64,000 nt of DNA from Nitrospira sp. (GTDB lineage Bacteria > Nitrospirota > Nitrospiria > Nitrospirales > Nitrospiraceae), in assembly GCA_047150005.1 (NCBI GenBank), contig AP038806.1, forward strand, positions 3,488,001-3,552,000. The letters run 5' to 3'. Each line of letters begins with the position of its first letter. Position 1 is the first letter of the stretch. The notes below the pieces were generated by a model. The model saw only the letters and a list, made by a program, of their open reading frames with translations, had not been told where the DNA came from and did no database searches. This document shows positions 28,675 to 39,400 of the stretch, one piece after another. Both the position numbers and the translations under genes were made by a program.

Positions 28675-29817
28675 TTATGCGGCTTCGGTCAGCCGTTTGA
28701 GTTCGTTCTTGACCTGCTCTTCGGCAATTCCGGGAACCAGCTCCAACACCGTCTGCTGAACGTGGTCGTTTGCCGCTGCGCGCACCAAGTCCTCGGCCAA
28801 CGCTTCCGCTTTTGCGGTTGCAGCTTTTCGTATCTCTTGTGTGATCTCGTCGTCGATTGATCTCAGGTGCTCCCGCACGGCCGCCGGCACGGCGACCTTG
28901 ATGGCTTGTTCCTGTTCCCGGGCGAGCAGATCAACCCGGTCCTTGATCAATGGGGTCGCGATTTCGACGATCCCGTTCCGGATGATGGGTTCCAGCGCCG
29001 GCAACTCCCGGGAGAGCACGTTGGGCAATTCCTTCTTGATCAAAGGCTCCAGGAGTTCGGCCAACCGTTCCTGCGTGAGCGTCGCAGCCAGTTGCTGCCT
29101 TGCTTCGACTTCGACCGCCTTGGATACCTGCACGGCCAGGTCTTTGGCGATCATGTCCGGCAGGGCTTCCGCGATTTTTATCTTCGCCTTTTCGGTCATG
29201 GATTGCATGAGCTGTCCGAACAGCCCTTTAATCGGATCTTCCGGTTCGGCGGCCGGTGTCTTGGCCGAGGGGGTGGAGGTCATGGCAGGCTCCTTCTGCA
29301 CAGGCGGCGGTATAACCTGGGCGACAATTTCTCCGGTCTGGTCGTCATCGGCGAGAGAGTCGGTGACATCATCGTCATCGGAATCGGTGGCGCTGGACAC
29401 CGGCGGCCACACGCGCCGCTTTTTCTTGGTCCCGTTCGCTGGTGCCGGCTTGCTGCGATCGAGATCTTTGATGAGATCGAGCAAGTGCTCGGTTTGAAAC
29501 GGTTTCTTCAGGAAGGCCTTGACGCCCAGAGTCCGCAAATGAGATTCATCGAGGCGATCCGCCGCGCCGACCAGGGAAATGATGAAGGTCTCGGAAAGCG
29601 TGTCCAGCTTGTGAACTTCCTTGCAGAATCCCGAAAAGGTCATGTTGTCGAGGTGATAATCGGCGATGATTAGGTTGGGGCCTTGCTTACGGGCGGCCTC
29701 CAGCGCCGTCGGACCGTCCTGGAAGCCAATGACTTCGTAACCTTCAGGCGTGGAGATCTGTTCGACCATGCGACGCACGGCCGGGCTGCTGTCGATGATG
29801 AAGATGGTGGATGACAC
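28675..29817 (-). CDS. atypical response regulator: receiver, acidic/Pro linker and helical C-terminus (RomR-like)
   Basis: IIDSS, IIADY, LKKPF; C-terminus VLELVPGIAEEQVKNELKRL; probable GTG start at 29817 after GGAAGG. Confidence 0.75.
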   Translation of the reverse strand: MSSTIFIIDSSPAVRRMVEQISTPEGYEVIGFQDGPTALEAARKQGPNLIIADYHLDNMTFSGFCKEVHKLDTLSETFIISLVGAADRLDESHLRTLGVKAFLKKPFQTEHLLDLIKDLDRSKPAPANGTKKKRRVWPPVSSATDSDDDDVTDSLADDDQTGEIVAQVIPPPVQKEPAMTSTPSAKTPAAEPEDPIKGLFGQLMQSMTEKAKIKIAEALPDMIAKDLAVQVSKAVEVEARQQLAATLTQERLAELLEPLIKKELPNVLSRELPALEPIIRNGIVEIATPLIKDRVDLLAREQEQAIKVAVPAAVREHLRSIDDEITQEIRKAATAKAEALAEDLVRAAANDHVQQTVLELVPGIAEEQVKNELKRLTEAA

Positions 29818-29929
29818 ACAACCTTCCAATTTTATTAGACTATATCGAAGCTAGCAGGGGGGAAATTCTTTGTCAAGAAAGTGGGCGATCGATGCTGCCT
29901 CTTGCTCCATCCTCTGCTGAGAAGTGCCG

Positions 29930-30649
29930 ATGAGTACGCGGGTGAGGGTCGTCTTTTTTGACGCAGCCGACACCCTGTTCCACGTGAACGGGACGGTGGA
30001 AGAAATCTATCTTCGCCTCGCAGTGGAGTTCGGATTCAAGGAAACGAGGGACTCACTCGCGGCGATCAAGCAGGCGTTCGGCCGGGCGTTTCGTGAAGCG
30101 CCGCCGCCGGTCTTTGCGGCCACTGAACCTGCGCAGATCAAGCGAAGTGAACGTCTTTGGTGGTTCGACATCGTCCACAGCGTCTTCTATCGAGTAGGAA
30201 TTTTTGAGCGATTCGACGACTTTTTCGACCGGGTCTTTGACGTCTTCGAAGATCCGGCCTCCTGGAGGCTGTTTCCCGAGACGCGCGCGACATTGGATCA
30301 ACTGCGGACGCAGGGCGTCGAGCTCGGTATCATCTCCAATTTCGATTCGCGCCTCTTCGCCGTATTGCGGGGGCTGGATATCGCGCAGGCGTTCAATACG
30401 GTGACGATTTCCAGCCTCGCGCGTGCGGCAAAACCCTCCGCCAAGATCTTCCAGCTTGCAATCGACAAGCATGCGGTGGATCCGGGCGAGGCTCTCCACG
30501 TGGGAGACAGTCCGAGGGACGATGTAGAGGGTGCAGCGAAGGCGGGGTTGAAGGCGCTTCTCCTTGACCGACGCGGCCGATATCAAGACTCGCACATGCC
30601 GGCGATCAGAACACTCGACGAAATTCCTGCCTATCTGGCCGATCTATAG
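29930..30649 (+). CDS. HAD-IA family hydrolase
   Basis: FFDAADTL, ISNFD, KP, HVGDSPRDD. Confidence 0.9.
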   Translation: MSTRVRVVFFDAADTLFHVNGTVEEIYLRLAVEFGFKETRDSLAAIKQAFGRAFREAPPPVFAATEPAQIKRSERLWWFDIVHSVFYRVGIFERFDDFFDRVFDVFEDPASWRLFPETRATLDQLRTQGVELGIISNFDSRLFAVLRGLDIAQAFNTVTISSLARAAKPSAKIFQLAIDKHAVDPGEALHVGDSPRDDVEGAAKAGLKALLLDRRGRYQDSHMPAIRTLDEIPAYLADL

Positions 30650-31414
30650 CAGAAGCGGCACAATCTCTTTGGCGCGCCCGCGCAGAACCAAGTCGACGAG
30701 CCCGGATTGCGGCGTCGGCTCCGGGTTGATTTCCGCGACGAACGCACCAGCCTCCTTGGCTACCGCCGCGAATCCGGCCGCCGGATAGACGACGCCGGAT
30801 GTTCCGATCACAAGCAGGACGTCGCACTGCTTGAGCGCTGCGGCGCATTGCGTGAGGTCTTCATGCCTGAGCGGCTCGCCGAACCAGACGATATGCGGGC
30901 GGAGGAGACCGCTGCAGTACCGGCACAGAGGGAGCAGCGGGATTGGGACGAGGCGATTTTCCTCGATCCGTCCGCACGTGGTGCAGCGGACCATCCAAAT
31001 GTTACCGTGGATTTCCGAGAGTTGTTCGGATCCAGCCGATCGATGCAGTCCGTCGACGTTCTGTGTGATAAGCCAAAAGCGACCGATTCGTCGTTCGAGC
31101 TCCGCGACCGCATGGTGAGCCGGATTTGGCTGCTTGGACGCGATAAGCTCTCTTCGCCAGTTGTACCACTCCCAGACCAGCCGCGGATCGCGGGCAAATG
31201 CTTCGGGAGTGGCCAGGTCCTCCGCCCGGAAGTTGCGCCATAATCCATCGGCCCCGCGAAACGTCGGTACCCCGCTGTCCGATGAGATGCCTGCGCCGGT
31301 CAGCACGGTGACGGCCTTCGCTGCGGCGAGTGTGGATTTCAGGATGGCGAGGTCCGACTTCAAGGAAGCATTCTCGTTCCGGACGCCGAGCGCTGCGTCA
31401 TTCGTGCGCACCAT
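30644..31414 (-). CDS. cobB: NAD-dependent deacylase (sirtuin, class III)
   Basis: GAGISSDSGVPTFRG, TQNVDGLH, IHG, CxxC...CxxC, LRPHIVWFGE, GTSGVVYPAA; start uncertain. Confidence 0.93.
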   Translation of the reverse strand: MVRTNDAALGVRNENASLKSDLAILKSTLAAAKAVTVLTGAGISSDSGVPTFRGADGLWRNFRAEDLATPEAFARDPRLVWEWYNWRRELIASKQPNPAHHAVAELERRIGRFWLITQNVDGLHRSAGSEQLSEIHGNIWMVRCTTCGRIEENRLVPIPLLPLCRYCSGLLRPHIVWFGEPLRHEDLTQCAAALKQCDVLLVIGTSGVVYPAAGFAAVAKEAGAFVAEINPEPTPQSGLVDLVLRGRAKEIVPLLL

Positions 31415-31455
31415 GCTATAGTAGCGGCACAGTGAAGGCAATCACCGGAGACGGC

Positions 31456-32817
31456 ATGACGCACATCATGATAGTCGGTGCCGGTTCGGTCGGAGGCTAC
31501 TTCGGGGTCCAACTGGCCAAGGCGAATCCCGACGTTTCATTCCTTTTGCGACCCAAGACGCTCTCCGCGGTCAGACAACATGGATTGACGGTGCGGAGCG
31601 CGGGCGGCACTGTCACTGTGCGCCCTCGAGCATCCTCCGATGCTCGAGACCTTCCAAGACCGGATCTGATCATCCTCGGCGTGAAGGCTTATGATCTCGA
31701 CGAGGTGATGGACCAAATCGAGCCGGTGATCGACGACCACACGGTGCTGCTCACGCTTCAAAACGGGATCGACACTGAAGACCGGATTATTGCTCGTTTC
31801 AAGCGAGACTGTGTGGTTGGCGGAGTGGCCTTCATCTATTCCAAGATCGCGGAGCCGGGTGTCATTGACCACTACAAGAAAGGGACGGTCGCCATCGGGG
31901 AGTTGATGGGACACGAAAGCGAACGTCTCCTGCGGATTCGCGATGTATTCGCGGCAGCGGGCGTGCCGTGTCAGCTGTCCAAGGATATTCGGCGCAGCAA
32001 GTGGGAAAAGATGTGCTGGAATTGCGTCTTCAATCCGATCACCGTCCTGATCGACGACAAGGTCGCGCAGGCATTGGATCATCCGGAAATGACGGGTGTG
32101 ATTCGCCAAATCGTCGGGGAGGTCGCGGCGGTTTCGGCGGCTGTGAAAGTGCCGCTCCCGTCGGATATGGCGGAGCGGGTCGTGAAATGGACGCAGGAGA
32201 TTCGGGACATCCACACCTCGATGTACGATGATTGGAAAGCCGGGCGGCGTACCGAGATTCGGAATCTGAACGGCTACATTGTCGATCAGGGCCGAAAGCT
32301 GGGCATCCCCACGCCCGTGAATGAAGCGTTGACCGTCATGATCAAGACCGTCACCGAAAAGGCGAAATGCGGCCCGGAAGTCGTCCGCATCGACGGTGCC
32401 GTCGTCCAGCCTGTGTCGCTGGAGCGATCAACCCTGCGTCAGTTGCCGATGGAGCACCAGGTGGAAGACATCGGCACGATCATGCCCGGCATGCGCGGCC
32501 GGGCGATTCGAGTCAACGGACTGCTGGAGCTGCCGGCCCTTTCCCTGGAGGCCGATCACGTCACGTTCCATTCTTTCGACGGCAACTATGCTGCGACGCT
32601 CACGCTGCCGCAAGCCAAAGAATACGGGTTCATCCTGTACGAGCTCGACGGTGAGCCGCTCCCCGAATCGAAAGGGGGACCGTTTCGTCTGATCGCTCCG
32701 GGGCTCGGGGATCTTTGCGCGAACGTCAAGGGATTGGGTCGCATCGAAGTGCGAGCCGGGAAGGGCCGCGATACCCGACCATCCGAACGCTCGCCTCAGT
32801 GCGCTCCGCCCCGCTGA
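31456..32817 (+). CDS. panE: ketopantoate reductase fused to a C-terminal molybdopterin-oxidoreductase-like domain
   Basis: GAGSVGG, VKAYD, LQNG, WEK, SMYDD, RRTEI; C-terminal YELDGEPLPESKGGPFRLIAPG...VKGL. Confidence 0.85.
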   Translation: MTHIMIVGAGSVGGYFGVQLAKANPDVSFLLRPKTLSAVRQHGLTVRSAGGTVTVRPRASSDARDLPRPDLIILGVKAYDLDEVMDQIEPVIDDHTVLLTLQNGIDTEDRIIARFKRDCVVGGVAFIYSKIAEPGVIDHYKKGTVAIGELMGHESERLLRIRDVFAAAGVPCQLSKDIRRSKWEKMCWNCVFNPITVLIDDKVAQALDHPEMTGVIRQIVGEVAAVSAAVKVPLPSDMAERVVKWTQEIRDIHTSMYDDWKAGRRTEIRNLNGYIVDQGRKLGIPTPVNEALTVMIKTVTEKAKCGPEVVRIDGAVVQPVSLERSTLRQLPMEHQVEDIGTIMPGMRGRAIRVNGLLELPALSLEADHVTFHSFDGNYAATLTLPQAKEYGFILYELDGEPLPESKGGPFRLIAPGLGDLCANVKGLGRIEVRAGKGRDTRPSERSPQCAPPR

Positions 32818-32822
32818 CCGGC

Positions 32823-34148
32823 TCAGCGGATCACGTGAATGGCCTTCCAACGCTCCGATCGGTAACGCCACACCATCAACCCCATCCGCAACGTCCAGTC
32901 CGCGATCATGGCCAGCCAGACATAGAGGACCTCGAGCTGCAACCAGAGACCGGTCACGATGGCAAACGGCACCCGGACGGCCCACATGCCGATCGTCGTG
33001 GCGACCATGATGAAGTGGGTGTCGCCGGCCCCGCGTAGAGATCCGGCCAGAACCATGGTCAGGGCCAAGGGTACCTGTAGCAGCGCCACGATCTTCAGAA
33101 ATACTGTTCCCAGCTCAATCACCGCCTCGTCATTCGTGAAGGCACGAAGCAGTACGTAGGGGAAAAAGAAGAAGACGGCCCCCATTATGGCCATGACGAG
33201 GGACGCCAGGCGGTTGGCCTCCCAGTTTTCCAGCTTGGCCCGCGTATACTTTCCCGCACCGATACTCTGGCCGACCATGGTCGCCGCGGCGATTGCAAAC
33301 CCGTAGCCTGGCAGAAAGGACAGGGACTCGATGGACAACCCGACCTGGTGCGCGGCGTAGGCAGCCGTTCCGTAGAGGAGGACGATTTTTGTGTAGACCA
33401 GGATGCCGGTCTGCTGGACAATGCGCTCGCCGGACACCGGAGCACCCACCCGCCACAGCGCATGCAGAAACTCGGGCCGGATGTGAGTCGGCCCGTGCAA
33501 GAGCGGACGGCAACGTATGAGCAAATACGCGATGCCGATGGCCTCGGCACAGCCGACGGCGATCGCCGCGCCGTTGATCCCCATTGTGGGGAAATTCCAT
33601 TGTCCGTATATCAGCGGGTAGGCGATCGCCGCGTGGATGAGGTTCACGCCGATCATGGCATACATCGGGGTCTTCGTGTCACCCGTACCCTGCAGAATCG
33701 CCGACAGCACTTGAAGCAGCACGCTGAACGGGATCACGAGAAACACGAGCGTGGAATACGGAAGCGCGAGACGGATGACGTCCGGTTCGACACCCAGCAA
33801 TCCCATCGCACGTCCGTTGAGGAGCAGGCCGGAGCCTGTCAGCAGCAGCGAGACGGCGACCGACAACCAGAGAAAATGGCGAGCGGCCTGCCCGACATCG
33901 CGGCGCCGGCGCGCTCCCCACATCTGTGCGATGATGACGTTCGTCCCGACCGAAATTCCGGACACCAGCGTCGTGGCGATAAAGGCCAGCAATTGACCTA
34001 ATCCGACCGCCGCGATGGATTCGGCGCCGAGTCCACCCACGAGAAACACGGCGACGATGCCTTCCGTCCTCTGCAACAGACTGCTGACCGTCACGGGAAG
34101 CGCCAAGGTCAGCACGGAGCGTCGGATCTGGGTGACACCGTCGGCCAT
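32823..34148 (-). CDS. MATE family efflux transporter
   Basis: About 12 TM; LQGTGDTKTPM, VGQSIGAG, LRGAGDT. Confidence 0.9.
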   Translation of the reverse strand: MADGVTQIRRSVLTLALPVTVSSLLQRTEGIVAVFLVGGLGAESIAAVGLGQLLAFIATTLVSGISVGTNVIIAQMWGARRRRDVGQAARHFLWLSVAVSLLLTGSGLLLNGRAMGLLGVEPDVIRLALPYSTLVFLVIPFSVLLQVLSAILQGTGDTKTPMYAMIGVNLIHAAIAYPLIYGQWNFPTMGINGAAIAVGCAEAIGIAYLLIRCRPLLHGPTHIRPEFLHALWRVGAPVSGERIVQQTGILVYTKIVLLYGTAAYAAHQVGLSIESLSFLPGYGFAIAAATMVGQSIGAGKYTRAKLENWEANRLASLVMAIMGAVFFFFPYVLLRAFTNDEAVIELGTVFLKIVALLQVPLALTMVLAGSLRGAGDTHFIMVATTIGMWAVRVPFAIVTGLWLQLEVLYVWLAMIADWTLRMGLMVWRYRSERWKAIHVIR

Positions 34149-34208
34149 GGGGCGTTATCCTAACAGACTACCGAGCCGGACAGTCAGCGTCTTCCTTCGG
34201 GCGATACG

Positions 34209-35774
34209 ATGAACAGAATGGAGGGGCGGACCGATTCATCGGAGCCCGCGGCACCGCCGCGGCTCTCGAAGTCCAAGTTCCTGGCCGGTCTTCAATGCCT
34301 CAAGCGGCTCTATCTGGAAATTCACCGGCCCTACCTCGCGACCCCTCCGGACAGTGCCACGCAGGCCTTACTGGACATGGGGCAGGAGATCGGTCTTGTG
34401 GCGCAACGTCGATTCCCCGGCGGTGTGCTCGTTGCCGCGGGTGTCCGCCAACGTGAGGCAGCCTTGGCACGGACAGCGGCTTTGCTCGAAGATCCGAGCG
34501 TGCCGGCGATTTTCGAGGCGGCGTTTGAATGCGACGGCGTGTTTGTGCGCATCGATATTCTGGAGCGGAAGCCCGGTGATGAAGCCGGTGCGCCGGGCTG
34601 GCGCCTGATCGAAGTGAAATCATCGACGAAGGTCAAGGACCTCCATCTCTCCGATCTGGCCATTCAAAGTTACGTGCTCCAGCAGGCGGGTATCCGGCTT
34701 GTCGGAACCTGTCTGATGCACATCAATACCGGGTATCGCTATCGAGGAGGGGATCTCGATCTGGGGCACCTCTTCGCAATCGAGGACGTGTCGGAAGCCG
34801 TCACGAGACGACGAGCCGAGGTTTCGGGCCTGCTGGCCGTCATGAAGGAGCGACTGAGCGCTCTCGATCCGCCGGTCGTCGAACCGGACCACCATTGCCT
34901 CAGTCCCTACGAATGCCCGTTCTGGGCGCACTGCACGAAAGACAAACCGGACCGATGGATCTATCGTCTGTCGGGACCCAAGGTTGCAGTCGGCGGGCTG
35001 GCTCAACAAGGCATCATCACGATCGACGAGATTCCGGCGGAAGCACCCCTGTCTCTGATCCAACGCCGGATAAAAGACAACGTCGAGTGGATTTCGCCGA
35101 AACTCAAGGCCGCGCTCGAATCGATTCGCTACCCGGTTCATCACGTGGATTTTGAGACGATCATGCCGGCCGTTCCTCGGTTTTCGCTCACGAGACCGTA
35201 CCAGGCCATCCCAATGCAATGGTCGAATCACGTCGAGTACGGATCCAGTGCAGCCGTGCATCACGAGTTTCTTCATGATCAGCCGACCGAGCCCAGACGA
35301 CGTTGGGCGGAGTCGTTGCTCGAGTCTTTGGGGGAACAGGGGACCATCTGTGTCTATTCGGCATACGAACAGGCGGTGGTCAAGCAATTGATGGAGGACT
35401 TTCCGGAGTTTCGATCCGCCTTCCGGGGAGTGCTCAAGCGTCTCTGGGACCTGCAGGCAGTGATCCGAGCCCACTATTATCATCCGGATTTTGGGGGCTC
35501 GTATTCGCTCAAGTCGGTGCTGCCGGCCATGGTGCCGTCCATCGGCTACGACGACCTGTTGATTCGGGATGGGGGACAAGCCGCGGCCGCTTACTATCAT
35601 ATGGTCTTTGTCGAGACTGATTGGATCGAGCAGGCGGCGACCAGGGATGCGCTGACGCGGTATTGCGCGCGTGATACCTGGGCCTTGGTCCAAGTGCGAA
35701 AGGCCCTGAAACAGAAAGCGTCGTTTCCGGTCGAGCGCCGCTCTATCGGAGATCTGCGCGCAGAGCGCCCATGA
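34209..35774 (+). CDS. DUF2779-type protein: Cas4-like PD-(D/E)xK domain plus RNase H-like exonuclease domain
   Basis: LSKSKF..GLQC, RIDIL, IEVKSST, CxxxxxCxxxxxC (CLSPYECPFWAHC), VDFET, YSLKSVLP, YCARDT. Confidence 0.75.
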   Translation: MNRMEGRTDSSEPAAPPRLSKSKFLAGLQCLKRLYLEIHRPYLATPPDSATQALLDMGQEIGLVAQRRFPGGVLVAAGVRQREAALARTAALLEDPSVPAIFEAAFECDGVFVRIDILERKPGDEAGAPGWRLIEVKSSTKVKDLHLSDLAIQSYVLQQAGIRLVGTCLMHINTGYRYRGGDLDLGHLFAIEDVSEAVTRRRAEVSGLLAVMKERLSALDPPVVEPDHHCLSPYECPFWAHCTKDKPDRWIYRLSGPKVAVGGLAQQGIITIDEIPAEAPLSLIQRRIKDNVEWISPKLKAALESIRYPVHHVDFETIMPAVPRFSLTRPYQAIPMQWSNHVEYGSSAAVHHEFLHDQPTEPRRRWAESLLESLGEQGTICVYSAYEQAVVKQLMEDFPEFRSAFRGVLKRLWDLQAVIRAHYYHPDFGGSYSLKSVLPAMVPSIGYDDLLIRDGGQAAAAYYHMVFVETDWIEQAATRDALTRYCARDTWALVQVRKALKQKASFPVERRSIGDLRAERP

Positions 35775-36044
35775 TCTCCTGGTGATCCTCGACGTTCTGG
35801 GTTCCAGAGGCCGAACTGTCGTTGATCAACAAAAACACCCACAGCACGGTCTTGTGGCGCAACGGCAGCGCAAAGCATTTCAAGACGATCGGTTTCTGCT
35901 GCGGGCCTTAACCGGAAATCCTCACATTGGCAACTGAGGCATTCTGAAGATTCCGAGAACGGTGCTGATCAAGGCGTCGTGAGAAGTCTGCGGCGATCCG
36001 ACGAACGAATCGCCCATGTTGTGTAGTATGGTGTTGTGCCTATT

Positions 36045-36134
<90 letters not shown>

Positions 36135-36491
36135 GTTCACTGGTGAGACTCACTTCCGGCAGGACCGCTAGGCCTCCGTTTAATTAGCAGCAAGGGGAGC
36201 TTACCGTGCAAGGCGTCATTTTTCAATCGGTTTTCCTGCAGGGTGCAAACAATCCCAATGGCCGAGATTAGGTTTTGTGCTTTGGGTTTACCCATTTATG
36301 TACTATCTTGTGTACTGCCCACGGCTTTCGAACCTCTAGCTGGGCGGTAATACTCACAAGGCGTTCGGAGAGACTACTGAGGCAGTTCGTCGATACTCGC
36401 CTGATCAGTCCGACGCCGTGCGAGGCGATATGATCCGAGTACGACATAATAATATGCGCGGACATCTCACCCGCGCCGGATCGCTTGCCGC

Positions 36492-39400
36492 ATGTTGATG
36501 CAGGTGCCGAGCTCGATTCTCCGGCTGGACGAACTCTTCTTGTGGCGCTGTGGCCGCGATCCGCAGGGGACGGCGTATGCCTATGTTCGCGATGATCTTG
36601 AACTCGGCGAACACTATACCTATGAGCAGCTCGCCGGACAGGTCGGCCGACTCGCCATGCAGCTTCGCCGACACGCGGAGCCCGGTGCAAGAGCGCTTCT
36701 GCTGTTTTCCCCCGGACTCGACGTGGTCTGTGCGTTCTGGGCATCAATTCTAGCCGGCCTGGTTCCGGTTCCTGCACCGCCGCCCGATCCGCTCAGGTCA
36801 AAGAACAGCCTTCCCGGATTGCTGGCCATTCTCGAGGATGCGTCCGTCTCGCTCATCTTGACCACGTCGGGGGTCGAGGCCACACTCGCACATTTGTCCG
36901 CCGAAATCGGCGTCGCCCTCCCGCCTTCGATCACCCTCGACCAACTTCAAGGGCCGCTGTCATCGGAACAGCAGGATCAGACCCCGCACGCGGAACAGGG
37001 ATCTTCAATCGTCTATCTGCAATACACCTCAGGATCGACGACCAGACCGCGCGGGGTGATGATTTCCCATGGCAACGTGCTGGCGCAATGCCACGGGTTG
37101 ACCGTGTCGATGTCGGTCGGAGCAGGAAGCCGATCGCTCTGCTGGTTGCCGTATTTTCACGACTACGGACTTGTGCACGGGATCATCGGGCCGTTCTATG
37201 CCGGTATACCGGCGTTTCTGATGTCTCCGGTGACCTTTATCCGTCGGCCGCTTCGATGGCTCGAGGCCGTCGGCCGTTGGAAGATTTCCCACAGCGGCGC
37301 CCCCAATTTTGCCTATGAAGCTTGCGTCCAAGCAGCGACCAAACGGCCTGATTGGACTGCCGAACTGGGCGGCTGGGCCGTAGCCAGCTGCGGTGCGGAA
37401 CCGATCCGTTCTTCCACGATCGAGCAGTTCTGCGAGGTTTTCGCGCCGCACGGCTTCAAACAGACGGCGCTGATGCCGGCCTATGGTTTGGCTGAAGCGA
37501 CACTGGTCGTGACGAGCGCTCACGTTGACGAGGCTCCGCTGCTCTTGTCGGTCGCGGCCGACAAGCTGGAACTCAACCGTGTGGAACCGAAGGCCGGTCA
37601 TGGAGACGGCATTCGCACGCTGGTCGGCTGTGGGCGGCCGCTTCCGGACGTGCAGATCCGGATCGTGAATCCGACGACCTTGGTCGACTGTCCGCCGGGC
37701 GAAGTGGGTGAAGTGTGGGTATCGGGACCCAACGTCTCGGAGGGCTACTGGAACAGAACGGAACTCAACGATGAGACCTTCGTCTCGGCGGGACAGGATC
37801 GATACCTCCGCACGGGGGATCTCGGCTTTCAGCATGCCGGCCAGCTTTTCGTCGCAGGGAGGCTCAAGGACCTCATCATCCTGAACGGTCGAAACCTCTA
37901 TCCGCAGGATTTGGAACTGGCGGTGGAGGGATGTCATGTCGGGCTGCGGCGCGGCGGTTGTGCGGCCTTTACGATCGAAGCAGAGCGGGCTGAACAGCTG
38001 ATGATCGTACAGGAACTCGAGCGTGTTCGGGATCTCGATATCGATGCAGTCGCTATTTCCATCCGGACCGCGATCGCCGAATTCTGCGGCGCTCCGGTTC
38101 ATGCCGTCGTCTTCGTCCGTTCTGGCGCCATTCCAAGAACCTCGAGTGGAAAAATCCAGCGCCGCGCCTGTCGAGCCGCCTACCTGACCCGGACACTTGC
38201 GATCGTGGCCTCGCATACGGCGACGGATTTGTCTGATCCTGCTTCAGAAGGGGAAGCGCGACCGCCAGCGCTTGCGGAGGACGACCGCGAAGCGGCTTTG
38301 ATCCACGCATTCGCAGATTGTGCCGGCATCGCTCCCGATCAAGTCCGGATGGACAGGCCGATGGTCGGCTACGGACTCGACTCCCTCAAAGTCACACTGT
38401 TCAAGCACCGGCTCGAGTCGGACTTCGGCATTGATGTGACATTCGGTCAACTCTTCGGACAATGCACGCTCAGGGACCTCGCCCGGATGGACAACGCGCG
38501 GGTATCGTCCTCCCGTCAACCGCCGAACGAAGCCGACTCCCAACTGCCTGCTCTCCGGCCTTGCAACCTCTCGCCGGGCCAGCGGAGGCTGTGGTTCATC
38601 GAGCAGGTGCATCCGGGAGGGGCGCTCAATCACATCGTGCTTGCGATGCGACTCTGCGGTCTGCTTGATCGCGGCCGGCTTCAGGACAGCCTGACGGAAC
38701 TCGTCCGTCGTCACCGGCTGCTGCGGGCCGGGTACTCCGTGGTGGCTGATGAGGTCCAGGAACAAGTCATGACAGCGGTGGATGTCCGGATGCGCCACTT
38801 CTCCTTGGCGGACCTTCCGACAAGGAGCACGGATGACGAAGTTCGAAGATGGATCAAGGAAGAGACGCTCGTTCCGTTCGATCTGCGCACGCCTCCTCTC
38901 CTGCGGGCTCTGCTTCTGGATCGGGGACCGGATGAACACATATTGGTGCTCACCGTCCATCGACTCATCGCCGACGGATGGTCGTTGCGCGTGCTCATGA
39001 GGGAATTGGCGGCGATCTACAATGCGGACGGCGAGGCCCGTGGGCTTCCGCTCCCGTCGGAGCAAGGATACCGGGACTATGTCGAGACCCAGCGAGAGGG
39101 GACTTCACCGGAAGGGGCCTCGCAATTGAATTATTGGAAACGCCTCCTCGCTCACTACCCCTCCGCGCTTCAGATCCCTACGGATCGGATTCGGCCGCGG
39201 GTACGGCGATACCTCGGCGGCGCCCGATACCGCACGCCCGGCAAGTCGATACTTGAGGAGATCGAACCGTTCTGCCGACGGGAAGGGGTCACAAAGTTCA
39301 TGCTGCTCTATGCAGCATTTGCGGTTTGGCTCCAGCGGTGCGCAAGAGCTGACGACATCGCCGTGGGATCGGTCGTGGCGAATCGACGGCTGTCCGGGTG

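Noticed and set aside
35775..36044. att site or integrase remnant at the tRNA 3' end
   Set aside because: No duplicate of the tRNA 3' end found in the window and no recombinase-like translation.
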